Origin: Mytilus californianus
Lineage: Eukaryota
Direction of reading: 5' to 3'
NCBI RefSeq assembly: GCF_021869535.1
Contig: NW_026262675.1
Coordinates: 3,968,001-4,032,000, forward strand
DNA: 64,000 nucleotides
How positions within the stretch are numbered: position 1 is the stretch's first letter; every line of letters begins with the position of its first letter. Positions 47,988 to 60,871 of this stretch are shown here, piece after piece. The position numbers were made by a program, and so were the translations under genes. The notes below the pieces were generated by a model, which worked only from the letters and a program-made list of their open reading frames with translations, was not told the origin of the DNA and made no database searches.

Positions 47988-48269
47988 AACAAGAATGTGT
48001 CCATAGTACACGAATGCCCCACTCGCACTATCATTTTCTATGTTCAGTGGACCGGGGTCAAAACTCTAATTTGGCATTAAAATAAGAAAGATCATATCAT
48101 AGGAAACATGTGTACTAAGTTTCAAGTTGATTGGACTTCAACTTCATCAAAAACTACCTTGACCAAAAACTTTAACCTGAAGCGGGACAGACGGACGAAC
48201 GGACGAACGGACGGACGGACGGACGCACAGACCGAAAAATATAATGCCCCACCTAGGGGCATAAAAAAA
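47988..48269 (+). mobile_element. Short HINE-like element (ATGCCCC family)
   Basis: Starts AACAAGAATGTGTCC..ATGCCCC. (GACG)n at ~48187-48226. 3' hairpin ATGCCCC-ACCTA-GGGGCAT (48244-48262) and A-run. Confidence 0.75.
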
Positions 48270-48709
48270 TTGAAGCTCCGTGTTCCACACGTCTGTGGTT
48301 TCACTGACGAACGAAAAGGTCGACAGGAAATAAGCGCTTTGAATTGACTCTGGCGAAGTCTATGATAGCAGATACACCAAGATTCAGTCAGTATGTCCGA
48401 AATGAAGGATTACAGTTATTAACTTGTGCCGATTTTGTTCAGAGAACGAGCTGTGTGTTCCTGCAAACTTATTCGAAAAACAACTATATGGTCTTAATAC
48501 AAATATGGTCCGTCCCCTTACTATCCAAAGTAGATATATACTCACATGGTCCGACAAACGCGTATGGTCGGACCATATGAGTATACGCGTATGGTCCAAA
48601 TACTCGCATAGTCCGAAACATATGAATGGGTGTATATATAGTCTATTGTTGACGACTGTGTGTAGACATGGTCTATTTTTGAAGGCGGTGTGTAGACTAT
48701 TATATTCTA

Positions 48710-49649
48710 GAATCATGTGCAAAACAGTGTAGCCGAGACCATTGATTGGCGCGCTAAAATATCTCATTGACTGGGTCAGATTAAGTGAACGTTCGTCTGT
48801 AACGCCCACAACTCACGACGTATTTATTACAAACATTTAAACTGTGGAGTCACCAAAGGGTCTCAACGCCTCAATAAAATAATTCGAAAAACTAATCAGG
48901 AATAACCTTTGTGTTTTGATTTATGTTGAATACTTAAACGTTCTTTACTTTACGTGTTTTTGTTATGTTTTGATAATGAATTTTTATGATATCGGACGTT
49001 CTTTCAGCAAAAAAGGATTTAACTGGCTTTAAAAGTCACAATGGATGTGTTGATTATTATCTTTTTTTCGGACGTCAAAGCGATTTAACAATTGCGGTTG
49101 TCTAATTATGTCATCTTTTAACTTTTATCTGGTCAAAATTTTATTTTAGAACGAATGCATGACCAACTTTAAAAAGTGTGCAAACACAAAACATATAGAC
49201 AAAATATACTTCTTTCCTGTCTTTTTCGTACTTGCAAGTTATTAGACAGTAAAAAGGCTATTTGGATCAAGCCTTGTGAAATTTGCATTTACGTTTTTGA
49301 ATAGGTAAAATGTATAGTTTGGTGATCTTTTCTGCTAACTACTATACTTGTGAAAAACCCTTGGCAACAGAAACATATTCAGCTTTTTTTTTAATCGACC
49401 CAATTTACATAGTAATGGACGACTTTGTACATTTTATGATCGCAAATAAAATATGTATATAATATACTGTGCACTGTAGTTCGTATATATACTGAGACCC
49501 TTTGGCAACCCCACAGTTTAAATGTTTATAATAAATACGTCGTGAGTTGTGGGCGTTACAGACGAACGTTGAACCTAATCTGACCCAGTCAATGGGATAT
49601 TTTAGCGCGCCAATCAATGGTCTCGGCTACACTGTTTTGCACATGATTC
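48710..49649. mobile_element. Non-autonomous DNA transposon with ~155-bp TIRs, TA-flanked
   Basis: TA|GAATCATGTGCAAAACAGTGTAGCCGAGACC... and ...GGTCTCGGCTACACTGTTTTGCACATGATTC|TA. The near-perfect inverted match extends to ~48866 and ~49494. Confidence 0.85.
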
Positions 49650-49879
49650 TATATATTATACTAAACTACATGTAATTTGAAAAGATAAATAATGCCCCAT
49701 ATTTTTTATATAATTACTCAAACATCATGATAACAGTGCACAATTGTTTTATGTATTAAAAATTTCATTGAAATCCAGTCAACGCAGAATGGATTAGTTT
49801 TTTTTTTCGACGGAGTTCAACCACTATCATTTATTGATTTTGAACAAAAAAATTGAAGAGGGTACCTTTGCCTTGGTAG

Positions 49880-50300
49880 GCAGAAGAGAGAGGCGAAAGA
49901 TACCAAAGGGATATTCAAACTCATAAGTAGAAAATAATCTGACAATGCCATGGCAAAACTATCAAGTCAGAGACTTGTAAAGCTACAGTAAAAGAGAGGC
50001 GAAAGAAACCAAAGGGATATTCAAATTCATAAGTAGAAAATGAACTGACAATACCATGGCAAAAACAAAAAAGTATCAAGAGACTAACATCGGTAAATAA
50101 ATCACAACATAGAAAACTAAAGACTGAGCAACAAGAACCCCTTTAAAAACCGGGGGGTGATCTCAGATGCTACGGAATGGTAACTTGATCCTTCTCCTCT
50201 TGTGGAATCCGTAATGTTGCCCATGTAAGAACAAACTCGGCGATAAGTCTTATTTGGTGGGTCACATTCGAGGAAAAGAGTATATATATAACTGTTTTTA
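49880..50300. repeat. Interspersed repeat fragment with internal ~106-bp duplication
   Basis: AAGAGAGGCGAAAGA..CCAAAGGGATATTCAAA at ~49886 and ~49992, followed by TGAGCAACAAGAACCCC..GGGGGTGATCTCAG. Confidence 0.55.
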
Positions 50301-51654
50301 GTCAGGTTATTCAAAGGAGAACTGTATGATTTAGATACATTGTATCCAATGTCTCTGGCACTAAGAACTGAAAATGTGATGGATGTACTTATATTACTCC
50401 TAAAATCGTTAACAATATAGAAACCAGTAAAAGGTTATATAGAGCACCCGTGGTTTGGTTCTATAAGAATGCAAGTAAGATTGTATAAGGATAAAACATT
50501 ATTTAAACAACGGTTAGTTCGATCATTAAATCAAATACTTAGATTTCACGAAATAATCATGCATTGTCTGCCATTTAATATCCATACAATTGAATAGCTA
50601 AAAATAGTGAAAAGAAACTAGTTGCTAGACGACAAAACAAACAAACAAGAATCTTCAAGACTGTTTATTAAAAAAGTGATATTTAAGTATGTGACCATAA
50701 GTTTAAAACCCCTGGTATATTCTCCAAATTAGCAATTATACAGTTTCAGTTTCCATGAGATTATAGTTGATAAAATTTTAGCTTTCATCGGAGTTAATAT
50801 TTTTTTTTTAATTTTAAAGGACTTATTTTCAATGACCAGATAGATACCTATAACATTATTCACACTTCTAAGTTTTCATAATATTTGTTTTTATTTTCGG
50901 GTTTTACGGAAAAAAATAATCTTATTCACAAATCACTTTTCGCCAAATAAGATGACTCATATTACCACTGGTTACACACACAGGCGGTTAGCATGTAACT
51001 ATAGAAGACTACTAATTCTTCTTTATTAAACAGATATTTTGAAAACATTTCCCAATCTTTATCGACTATCCTACAATTAAAATTCTTTAAAGTCTCGGGC
51101 AAAAGTACGTAATCTTAACGAAATGGTAGGTTTTAGACGTAAATAGTCTTTGTTTATTACAAACATGACGAAATAGGACAGGTGTTTGTCTTGGGATACA
51201 GAATTTACACATTTTGATGCTACGGAGAAATGGTGACTTCCGAAGAAGTGGACCACATGATTCTGCAATCGATACAAAATGCAAAGAAAAAAAGGAGAAC
51301 ATTTTAAAAACATCAACCCGATGTCTTATGACTTGGTGGGTGGAACTTAAATTAAGCATTGTCATCAGCATCATGAAAGCGTGTCCGATACCTGATGCCT
51401 CAATGGAGACTTAGCCCGTCAAACTTTGAATTGAGAAACAGAAATGTTAACTAAATAAGGCTAAACACTTATATTGTAATGCCTGTAAAAAGAGAAGACA
51501 GCTTGTATTCACCTCTCCTCCTAAATTTGAATGAAACTTAGACAAAATTCTCAATCCCAAATATTATTGTTAATCTTTTGTTTCCTAATCCGAATAAATT
51601 TTGTTCAGTTCCAATAGCAAATTGTGGACTATGTGGCCATATTTATAAAACGAA

Positions 51655-51910
51655 AGCGCATCGGTGCTATCGTTATAGCGCGCTGCCGTCTAGAGTCCAT
51701 TGGATATATCCCCGGCCGGATCAAACCAATGACATACACATTGGTATCTGCTCTCAAATTAGCATGAAGTAATTAGGAGGAGAGCAAACACTGGTTCTTT
51801 CGATGTCAGTTTAATGTGTCAGGGTAGGTTGACATGTCGTCATGTTGACTGTTAAGATATGAACCAGTAAGATAAAATCCGGATCGGCGTGTCTGCTGAA
51901 TACATTCTCG
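51655..51910 (+). mobile_element. Old, decayed tRNA-derived SINE
   Basis: CCCCGGCCGGATCAAACCAATGAC..ATTGGTATCTG..AGAGCAAACACTGG..TAATGTGTC resembles a bivalve SINE consensus I recall. The promoter boxes are degenerate. Confidence 0.45.
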
Positions 51911-52655
51911 TACTTATGTGTATATAATAATTGCCAATGGATTTAAAAACTAATCCATCATCATTCTTTTTCTCCATAAAACAGGATAGGCATCTCGTAT
52001 TCGCAACTTCTTACATAGCATAAGTCTAACTGTACATGAGAAATCTAAAGACATGTTCAAAATCTAAAGTAGGCAAAGCCATAAAATGCTTTAAGTACAG
52101 GTGTTCTTTTGGAAAAAGAAAATCTCCATCCGATTTAAGGATAAGGCCAGGTTTATTTCGGAACTGAATGCTTCTTTTTGGAATTTTTGGGGATGTAAAA
52201 GCGTTGACAGAAGCACAATTTATATGAATCCGCGTGGAGCGCTTTATATAAAATATCATTTGCTCAAGGCTTTTTAAAATACTCTTAAAAAATTACAAAA
52301 AGAAGCTTTTAAATCTTAAATATAATTACATGTTTATGGTATAACCATGAAATTAAGAGTTAAAACAAGCATTTCGTCTGCTTTTCCATGCCTTATTTAA
52401 TGTTGTCATGGAGGGCATGTACATTCAAAGATTTTGCATGCTATAGGGAAATAAAATCTAAAATTTGGAATTTCTTGACTTATCAAAATAACGAAAAAAG
52501 TAATTAAGATAATTATACGGACCGATATATTGTTAGACATAGTGTTCTTGAATAATTCCATTCTTGTTTTCTACGTCACTTTACAAACTACAAACTATAA
52601 TTAAGGTTTACCATACAATTTTCAAAATCGAAAGAAATGCAACCTGTTTTTCAAC

Positions 52656-52948
52656 TATTATTGTTGATATGCGTATCCGTTCTTATCATTGTTAATATGC
52701 GTATCTGTTCTTATCATTGTTAATATGAGTTTCTGTTCTTATTATTGTTGATATGCGTTTCTGTTCTTATTATGTTAACATGCGTTTCTGTTCTTATTAT
52801 TGCTGATATGCGTTTCTGTTCTTATAATTGCTGATATGCGTTTCTGTTCCTATTATTGTTAACATGCGTTTCTGTTCCTATTATTGTTGATAGGCGTTTC
52901 TGTTTTTATTATTGTTGATATGCGTTTCTGTTCTCATTATTGTTGACA
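52656..52948. repeat. 28-bp minisatellite (~10 copies)
   Basis: Unit TATTATTGTTGATATGCGTTTCTGTTCT, head-to-tail with no spacers. Confidence 0.9.
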
Positions 52949-54859
52949 AACGTTTTAAAGGGTGTGACGCAAGGGTCGACCTTCCAAAGAAATTACAATC
53001 TTCTGGAATTTCAGCTGCACTGTTGGCTGAAGGATTTTTTAGATACCATTTTCATGTAAATAGTGAAATATCTATACTTTTTTCCGGGCTGTGTTTTTCG
53101 GGGTTTTGTTTTTGTTTCTTCTGCTATTTTTTTAATAACTGATAACCTATAAAAAAATTGGTTGACTTTTTGCAGACGATTTGTTGCTGACGTACTCTGA
53201 ATCTGAGGACAATTATGAAGAATAGCTGGTTGATTTGAATCCAAAGAGATCAAAGCCCTGTCTCAACAGTTATTGTCTCTAAGTTGATCGTAACATTCAA
53301 TGATAATTGAATGTCGAAATTGTAAATGATCACATAGGTATAACAATAATTTTTTTTTATACCAATGCGTGCGCATAGTATAAATTTCGAGAATTTAAAT
53401 ATGTTGCTCGAAAAAAGAAACATGTCAAATGTTTAAACATATATCAATAGTTTTGAGGCGGGTTCACCGTTTAGGCGACAAAAATGTTAAGATATGTGAT
53501 TTTTCATTTTTCTTAACTCCAACATTAATAGGCAAAGCATGATATTTTTACTGCTATGGTGGTTGTAATCTAAGATTCAAGGTTACAAATAGAAAACATT
53601 GAAATATAAATGAAAAAAGCTGAATGCCTTTATTTCCATAAATAATGTGAATAAAAGTTACACGTTTAGAATAGTCTTCATGTAATGTTGATGCAGATAG
53701 CTATACTCTATTGAATTAAGTCTCTTTGCTATTCATTGTTGAAATATATAACATTAAATTCGAATGCCATATACATACACACGTTGGTATAACTTATCTA
53801 AATGGGAACTCGCCAACAAGTTTAGACAATACCAAAAACTTAAAAAGTAATGCATTTCAAAAATTGAATTTAACCATAATAAAACGACCTCATTTTCCCT
53901 GTACACTGAATTATATGTTCTATAATGTATCTTTTATTTGTTGATTGATCGACATCTAAAATGAAGGCCGTTTGAGATAAATAAAACTATTTTAATCTCG
54001 CAAATATGTATCTTCAGTGGTTGTACTATGCCATAGCTTAAGGGTTTCATTTTGCTATCTGCTGATATGAGGTCTTCAAATGCTTCTGGATAAATTTATT
54101 CATTGACATATTGTATAGACACTTGTCTATTAAGGAAGACTGTATATTTACCCCTAGATATCTTTTGGTTGTTTGGGTAGCTGTCTCATAAATCTTTACC
54201 CCAAATATCCTTAAATACATTCTGACCGGACGTCAAAATTTATACGTCCCGAACAGCCAAATGGACGCCCCATATAGTCAAGGTGTTACTGCCGGATGGA
54301 CAAAAACAAAAGGATGACCAAATTTCTATACGCCAATATATCCTTGTGGTTCCAGTTATATTAGATATACTCATTATATCATATAATCTCCGGATTAATA
54401 TTTTCTCGACAATCCCTTGTACCGAAACCAAATAAAAAATTCATTATCAGATATTAACGAATATGATTTTGAAGTTTTTGGGAGTGATAATTAACATCGA
54501 ATTTAAATTTCTAGAGTCAGGGTATATATATTACAAACCAAACAGTTCTAGTGTACAAATCATGTAAAAAATTCTCCCAATTTTTGTATATTAACTATTA
54601 CATAGAAATAAGAAGATGTGGTATGAGTGCCAATGAGACAACCCTCCATCCAAGTCACAATGTGTAAAATGTAAAACATTATAGGTCAAAGTACGGCTAT
54701 GGGCAGAGATACGATATTTACATATATAATGTTTATATATTTGATTAACAGGTCTATCTCAATAAAATTGCAATATATCTGTGTCATATATATATATATA
54801 TATCTATAAAGTTTACATTTAGATGAATTGTTAAAAAACGCATTAACATCAGTGATAAA

Positions 54860-56170
54860 GGTATCTTTCATTCGTTGTTTAAGCTCATGTGTAAATATAT
54901 CAACATTATTTACGCTTTGGTTTAGCCATACATCATAAAACCATATTTACATAAAATATCTCAGACTGAACATGCCCAATTAAATTTGTCTTTGGGTTTT
55001 TTAAATGAACTCTCCAACATCTATTCATAACATGCTTTTAATATACAGTTATCAGTATTTAATAATTTAAACCAAAACTGAATCATTTTTCTTTGTCTTT
55101 CATAATACATTGGGTAACGTCCCAATTCACAGTAAACCATGTAAATAACAGCAGTTTTTCGAACCTTTCAGAATTCGTTTTAAAAAATACAAATGTACTT
55201 TTTCTATATCATCAGCTTTATGATTACCCCACACTTCACAGCTATAATTAAGAATACTAGATACATAAGTATCAAATAAGGACAGTAACGTTTCACAGTT
55301 ATAATAATCATCTACAATTTTACTACATAAAGCAAAAACAGCCTTTCTACCTTGATTGGCTAACATTTTTTTGTGTATGTAAAAAGCTACCATTATAATT
55401 AATAAGGATACCTAAATATACAAAATTGTCACATATATCAAGTTGGTTATTATTTAAAAACCATTTTTCTTGACTTTTTACACTACCTCTATTTCGAAAC
55501 ACGACTACTTTAGTTTTAGACGTTTTGATATATAAACCATATTCCTTTGAAGAAGAGTTTACAGCATTTATCATATTTTGCAAATCATCTATGTTCTCGC
55601 TAAATAAAAGTGCGTACATAAGTAAGAATAAATTTAAAGATTTCAATTCATATGACCGACAGCCATTATTAATTAGCTCTACTTCCATATCATTAACATA
55701 CACTGAGTATAATAATGGAGGTCAAGATTCCCCTTGCATCAAGCCAGTATTACATCGAAAAAATCTGAAAGTTTTCCATTACACTTTATACAAGTTTTTA
55801 ATTTTGAATACATAGATTTAATTACAGTAAGAAGTTTACCATTAACTCCACATCTAACTAGTCTAAACCATAACTTTACATGAAAAACACTATCAAAGGC
55901 TTTAATATAATCGATGAAACAACAGTACAAGCGTTTACCCTTTCTTAACGACTTAGAAATCAAAGAATGAAGACAGAAGATGGCATCAGAAGTGCCGTAT
56001 CCAGGACGGAATCCAAACTGTGCATCTGTCAGAGTGTTGTTAATCTTGCACGGTGTTATAAGTCTTGAATGAATCAACGACGTAAATAGTTTTCCTTGAT
56101 GTGACACCAATGAAATACCTCTGTAGTTTTTAGGATCGTCAGGATTTCCTTTCTTAAATATTGGAATTAA
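54860..56170 (-). mobile_element. Frameshifted LINE reverse transcriptase remnant (CR1/L2-like group)
   Basis: IPIFKKGNPDDPKNYRGIS, QFGFRPGYGTSDAIF, FIDYIKAFDSV, YVNDME and LFLLMYA (the catalytic DD is missing), LGILINYNG, ILNYSCEVWG, spread across three frames. Confidence 0.85.
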
Positions 56171-56582
56171 AGAGAAGATTAATTTTAGCTAAATTTTTGT
56201 CCATATTTTTTATTTGCAATGAAATAATACTTAACTAAGACTTACATGTAATAAATAGGAAGTTGTTTTTTTAAAGAAAGTAGCCGTTTTCAAATTATCA
56301 TCTAAATGAACAGGCAACATGAGATGCACAATGACATTATGTAAGAAATATTGTAAATCATTGATAATAGGTAGTTACTGATACAATACAGTTCCGTATT
56401 GGAATCTAGGATTATTAAAAAAAAATCAGGGTCTTTATTTAGACTCAATATTTTGTATCAGCCTCTTAATTTCTATGCAATAAGGATATATGTAAACCAT
56501 AATTATACTATCTAAAACGATATATAACTAAAACTAAATACAGAAATTGAATCCAAATATGTAATTTCTTTTCTGATTAGTG

Positions 56583-56830
56583 AAATCAAAAATGAAAAAC
56601 GAAAACAATTTTGTTTTTCATTTTGGTTTTTGAGAAATCAAAAACGAAAAACGAAAACACTTTTGTTTTCCGTTTTGGTTTTTGAGAAATCGAAAACGAA
56701 AAACGAAAACAATTTTGTTTTTCATTTTGGTTTTTCAAAAATCAATAACGAAAAATGAAAACACTTTCGTTTTTTTGTTTTTGATACCTCAAAACGAAAA
56801 ACGAATGGACGCAAATATACACGGACCTAA
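56583..56830. repeat. 52-bp self-complementary tandem repeat at a MITE-like end
   Basis: AAATCAAAAA(C/T)GAAAAACGAAAACA..TGTTTT..GGTTTTTGAG at 56583, 56635, 56687 and ~56739. Ends GGACGCAAATATACACGGACC. Confidence 0.75.
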
Positions 56831-56913
56831 TTGACTACCCTCTAAATACTTAATAGGTAAATTCAGAATAAACGGATTTATGACGGTGTTCTCGGTAGTA
56901 AAGTAAATCACTT

Positions 56914-58095
56914 TTATTTATATTTCGATGAAAGTAATCCCAAGATGGTCACAGTAACTATGAACGTGGAAACTAATGATACCCAGAACAATACAAAATC
57001 TGTTGTTGATGTTATATCACTCCAAGTCTTTTCTCCGTCCTCATTTTCCTTATCTTTTTCTGGATTGTCAAATTTTTTATCTGAACTTTTTACTCGAGTT
57101 TTACATTTACTTCTGAAAATTCTTTGAATTTTATGTGGGACTTTGTCTTTCCGATGATGAATTCTTAATTCAAAGGCTGTCACAGCTACAACGAACGTTC
57201 CCATGCCCATTTGGAACATTAGATAATACCCCAGTAATGATCCCGATGTCTTCGGAAGTTCAGAACTTATAATTGTTAAGAAGACGGCAAATGCCAGAAA
57301 AACTGTGATGGAGTATCCCATTTTCTCCCCACTGTCTGCTGGGATTACAAACGTAAAAACATTTAGTATGCCAAGTAATATAACAGGGACAATGACATTC
57401 ATGACGTAGTACGCTGAACTACGCTCGAGAGTTATTGTAAATACAACTCTTGACTCCGACGACAACACATCGTCCCCGGCTGATGTCGATACAACACTCC
57501 ACACACCATTAGGATCTAATGCTTCCAGAAGTATGCCTCTACTTCCTTTTGTCACATTTACGTCCAATATGCTACTGGACCAGACAACAAAAACTATTTC
57601 GCATGTTTGACGGTCAAAAGGAAAATATTTGATATCAATATTACACTTTGTTTCAAACACTTCAGTTGGCAACCAAGTAATTTCGCCTGTTGGCAAAATC
57701 TGAACATTTATAAAACTATCACCAAGTTCCTTAAGTTTTGAAAATCCATTTTGAAGTGTTATGTCTGGTTTCCATATATCACTTTGAGAAACATATATAT
57801 ATTCTACGTTACCGTGTGAAGCTGAGTTCCATGTAAGGTACTCGTCTGTCCAACTTATAAACAGAAAACCTGTTGTCGTTAGTTTTTGTGTTATTTCGTC
57901 TATTCCATTGATGCCGACAAGATAGAAGTCCAAGTCCACCTGCATTGGCTTTGTTTGATCAGCGTTTGGGCGGACATTCTTTTTATAAGTGTTGGTAGTG
58001 AACAATTGAGTAACCAAGCTTTTCACGTCATCCCCTGTTTGTCCATTGCAGGCTGACAAGCACCAATAATAAAGAAAAATAGTTCTAAGAATCAT
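56914..58095 (-). CDS. nAChR-like Cys-loop ligand-gated channel subunit 2 (non-alpha, intronless CDS, 393 aa)
   Basis: Signal peptide, WKPD, Cys-loop CNIDIKYFPFDRQTC, M2 GEKMGYSITVFL, four TM segments. No vicinal CC. Confidence 0.93.
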   Translation of the reverse strand: MILRTIFLYYWCLSACNGQTGDDVKSLVTQLFTTNTYKKNVRPNADQTKPMQVDLDFYLVGINGIDEITQKLTTTGFLFISWTDEYLTWNSASHGNVEYIYVSQSDIWKPDITLQNGFSKLKELGDSFINVQILPTGEITWLPTEVFETKCNIDIKYFPFDRQTCEIVFVVWSSSILDVNVTKGSRGILLEALDPNGVWSVVSTSAGDDVLSSESRVVFTITLERSSAYYVMNVIVPVILLGILNVFTFVIPADSGEKMGYSITVFLAFAVFLTIISSELPKTSGSLLGYYLMFQMGMGTFVVAVTAFELRIHHRKDKVPHKIQRIFRSKCKTRVKSSDKKFDNPEKDKENEDGEKTWSDITSTTDFVLFWVSLVSTFIVTVTILGLLSSKYK

Positions 58096-59395
58096 TACGA
58101 ATCGTATTCAGTGTCAGAATTATTATCAACTATTATACGTATTCTCCTACCAACTATTAATGTACTGGAAAATAAACCTTTGTTTAGTTTAACGCCTTAA
58201 CATATTCTACAAATAAAGAAAAATATTTAAATTCAACTGTCTCTAAAAAGACCTTATTATCCCTGGGTTCATGTAGTTCTTATTGTTGTATTGAATTATA
58301 GTTCGTATTATGTTTCTTATTTATATACATTTGTCAAAATATCATTTATTCTTTTATTTCTGCTTTTTAAAAATCCCAATCATTCATTCATGTGATTTAG
58401 AATTTGATAGAGCCAGACAAAAGGTAAGAATAAAGTTTCATGTAATAATTAGGCATAGTTAGATTGAGACATACGTATTCTATAAAAAGAGGATATTTTC
58501 TTTCAACGAGAAAAATAAAAGTTTAAAGTTCATTAAATGGAATGAGTTTATTTTTTCTCGTTTGATACCACCACTATGATTGAATATAGAATAATAGAGT
58601 ACAGTTTATACCAGGTAAAACTCAAATTGTATGTTCTTCGGGGTCTTCACGGGTGATAGGGGCTTATCGTCTCTGTCTGTACTTCATATCCCCTGAGGCG
58701 TCATTCGAATGTGATAAACAGCACTGACAGCAAATATGAGCCTATATATCTTTTGAAACCCGAATAACATTCAAATAATATTGGAGGGTAATGATTTCAA
58801 AATTAATTACCATTCTGATCTTCGTTTTTGTACACACGGCTCATATACCCTGTCGAGGAAACCAATCAATTTACATGATTAGCCGGGATATTTTACTTCT
58901 GTATAATAAAAAATAATACATATTTAGTTCCCTTGTTTAAGGGAGGTAGGAAAGATTGTTTTTTAACTCAATAAAATTCATATTTCCCGAATGCAGCACA
59001 CGATTTTCTAGGGCGAACAAATGTCTCCTTGCAGTGTTTATTCACTTCTTTCTTTGATATCTAGAATGATCAAGTGCACACGATTAATCTCAGTATGTTA
59101 ATTTTATACTTTCATGACTTAAATTGTATATCAATCATTAAATAATGAAAACATTCGATACGTTTTTTCTTCAGGTTTGATTATACGCCTGCAATAAGCT
59201 TAAACATGATATTTACAATGATTTTGATATTTTATACCCGTTGAAACAATTTAAAATGCGCGTTTCGTCGCGCGAAGTTTTCACGATGTTCAGATGGGAA
59301 TATGATGTTTCGTTCAATATCACCTAGGATTGTCTCAACCAATCAAATGTATTAAATAAACTCATCATAGATACCAGGATTGAAATTTTATATTT

Positions 59396-59439
59396 GCGCC
59401 AGACGCGCGTTTCGTCTACAAAAGACTCATCAGTGACGC
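59396..59439 (-). ncRNA. Type I hammerhead ribozyme, perfect minimal motif (solo)
   Basis: Reverse complement: gcgtca CTGATGA gtct-tttgt-agac GAAA c-gcgc-GTC tggcgc. Fully paired 6-bp stem I and 4-bp stem II, GUC cleavage triplet, palindromic ACGCGCGT. Embedded in a repeat spanning ~59365-59550. Confidence 0.85.
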
Positions 59440-60871
59440 TCGAATCAAAAAATGTTAAAACGGCCAAATAAAGTTGAAGAGCATTGAGGACAAAAAATTC
59501 CTGAAAGTTTTGCCAAATACAGCTAAGGTAATCTATTCCTGAGGTAGACATTAGTATTTCAAAAATTCAAAATTTTGTAAACAGTTAATTTAAACCGTCT
59601 ATATTTAATGCGTACATATGACAAGCAGAAACGTGTCGTTTAATACCGCTTCTTTATTACATGTATCAGTCAATGGACTAAAACACAATGAAAGCACAAG
59701 GGCTTGATTATTATGTTTTATAATTGTACCTGTCTTCTTCTTTTATGTCTATTCATGTCATATTATTTCTGTAGGAACCAAAAGTAGTATGTTTGTAATA
59801 TAAACTATGCACGCACGTATCTTAAAAAAATCCACAGTTGAAATATGTAGACTGGAAATAATACAAAAAAAAAAAAAAAAAAAAACTGTACAAGGATTAA
59901 GCATATATGCATCACGATAAAAACCCTTTTAAATGTCAGTTGATAAAATATTTGGAGCGCTAGAAGAGGAATTTATAGGATGAAAAATAATCACGTTTTA
60001 TTTCAAAGTAAAAACCTGATCGAATAAATGATAAAATTTTATTTTCCATTCTTGTTTTCCTGATTTACAGTATGGAATAAATCACTACAGCGCAAACTAA
60101 TCCGTGTTAACGTACTGTGATTTTTTTATTCGCGCAAAATGTTTGTAGTTTATAAAACAATAACACATCAGGATAGCCAATGGTCATAGATAAAGCGCCA
60201 TTTCGTTAACAGATATATACATCCACATCTAGTATTAAGTACATCCTGCTCTAACTACTATTTTGTTCAGTGTTCAATGTCACTTGACCAAAACTAGGGT
60301 ATAACGCTTCTTTGTAAATTTGAAACCAACGATTAATATTCCCAAATTAACCGAAAACTTATAACGTGTAGATATAATAGAATCTCAAGTAAGCTCAACC
60401 AACAAAGAACTATCAAAGACATATTTTGCTATCCTCTACATATATGTTCCTCTTCCATAAAATCCTGCTCTACATTTGAAGACTAGCTTGCATGAAAAGT
60501 AAAGGCGTTTTTGATACTTAACGAAAATATGGTAATTATCAATGGGTAACGGTGCTTACTCTCGTCTTTGTGAACTATTATAATTATTTAGGGTTATAAC
60601 TCTTATATTGAGGAAAATTGTCCCGAGCATTATATCTTATTGCAAGAGTACATGAAATATTTGATACTGTATTTTAACATAAAATATTGATTCATGCTAA
60701 CCATCTGAAATGTAATATTGGAGAACAAATCAAATTGCTTTATTTAAGTGCTTTCGTCATTGATCATATTTAGTCGGTTTAAAAAGCACTTACTTGGTAC
60801 TCTTTAATTACTCTTATATGGAATCGTTTGCATACAAACTGAACGAAAAGATCAGTTTGAGATTGCTGAAA

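Noticed and set aside
59255-59298. Additional hammerhead look-alike (CTGAACA...GAAACGCGCATT on minus)
   Set aside because: Core mismatch, C-A mismatch in stem III and no stem I pairing.
60794-60871. N-terminal extensions of receptor ORFs from TTG starts (also 43024)
   Set aside because: Eukaryotic context; the downstream ATGs give proper signal peptides.
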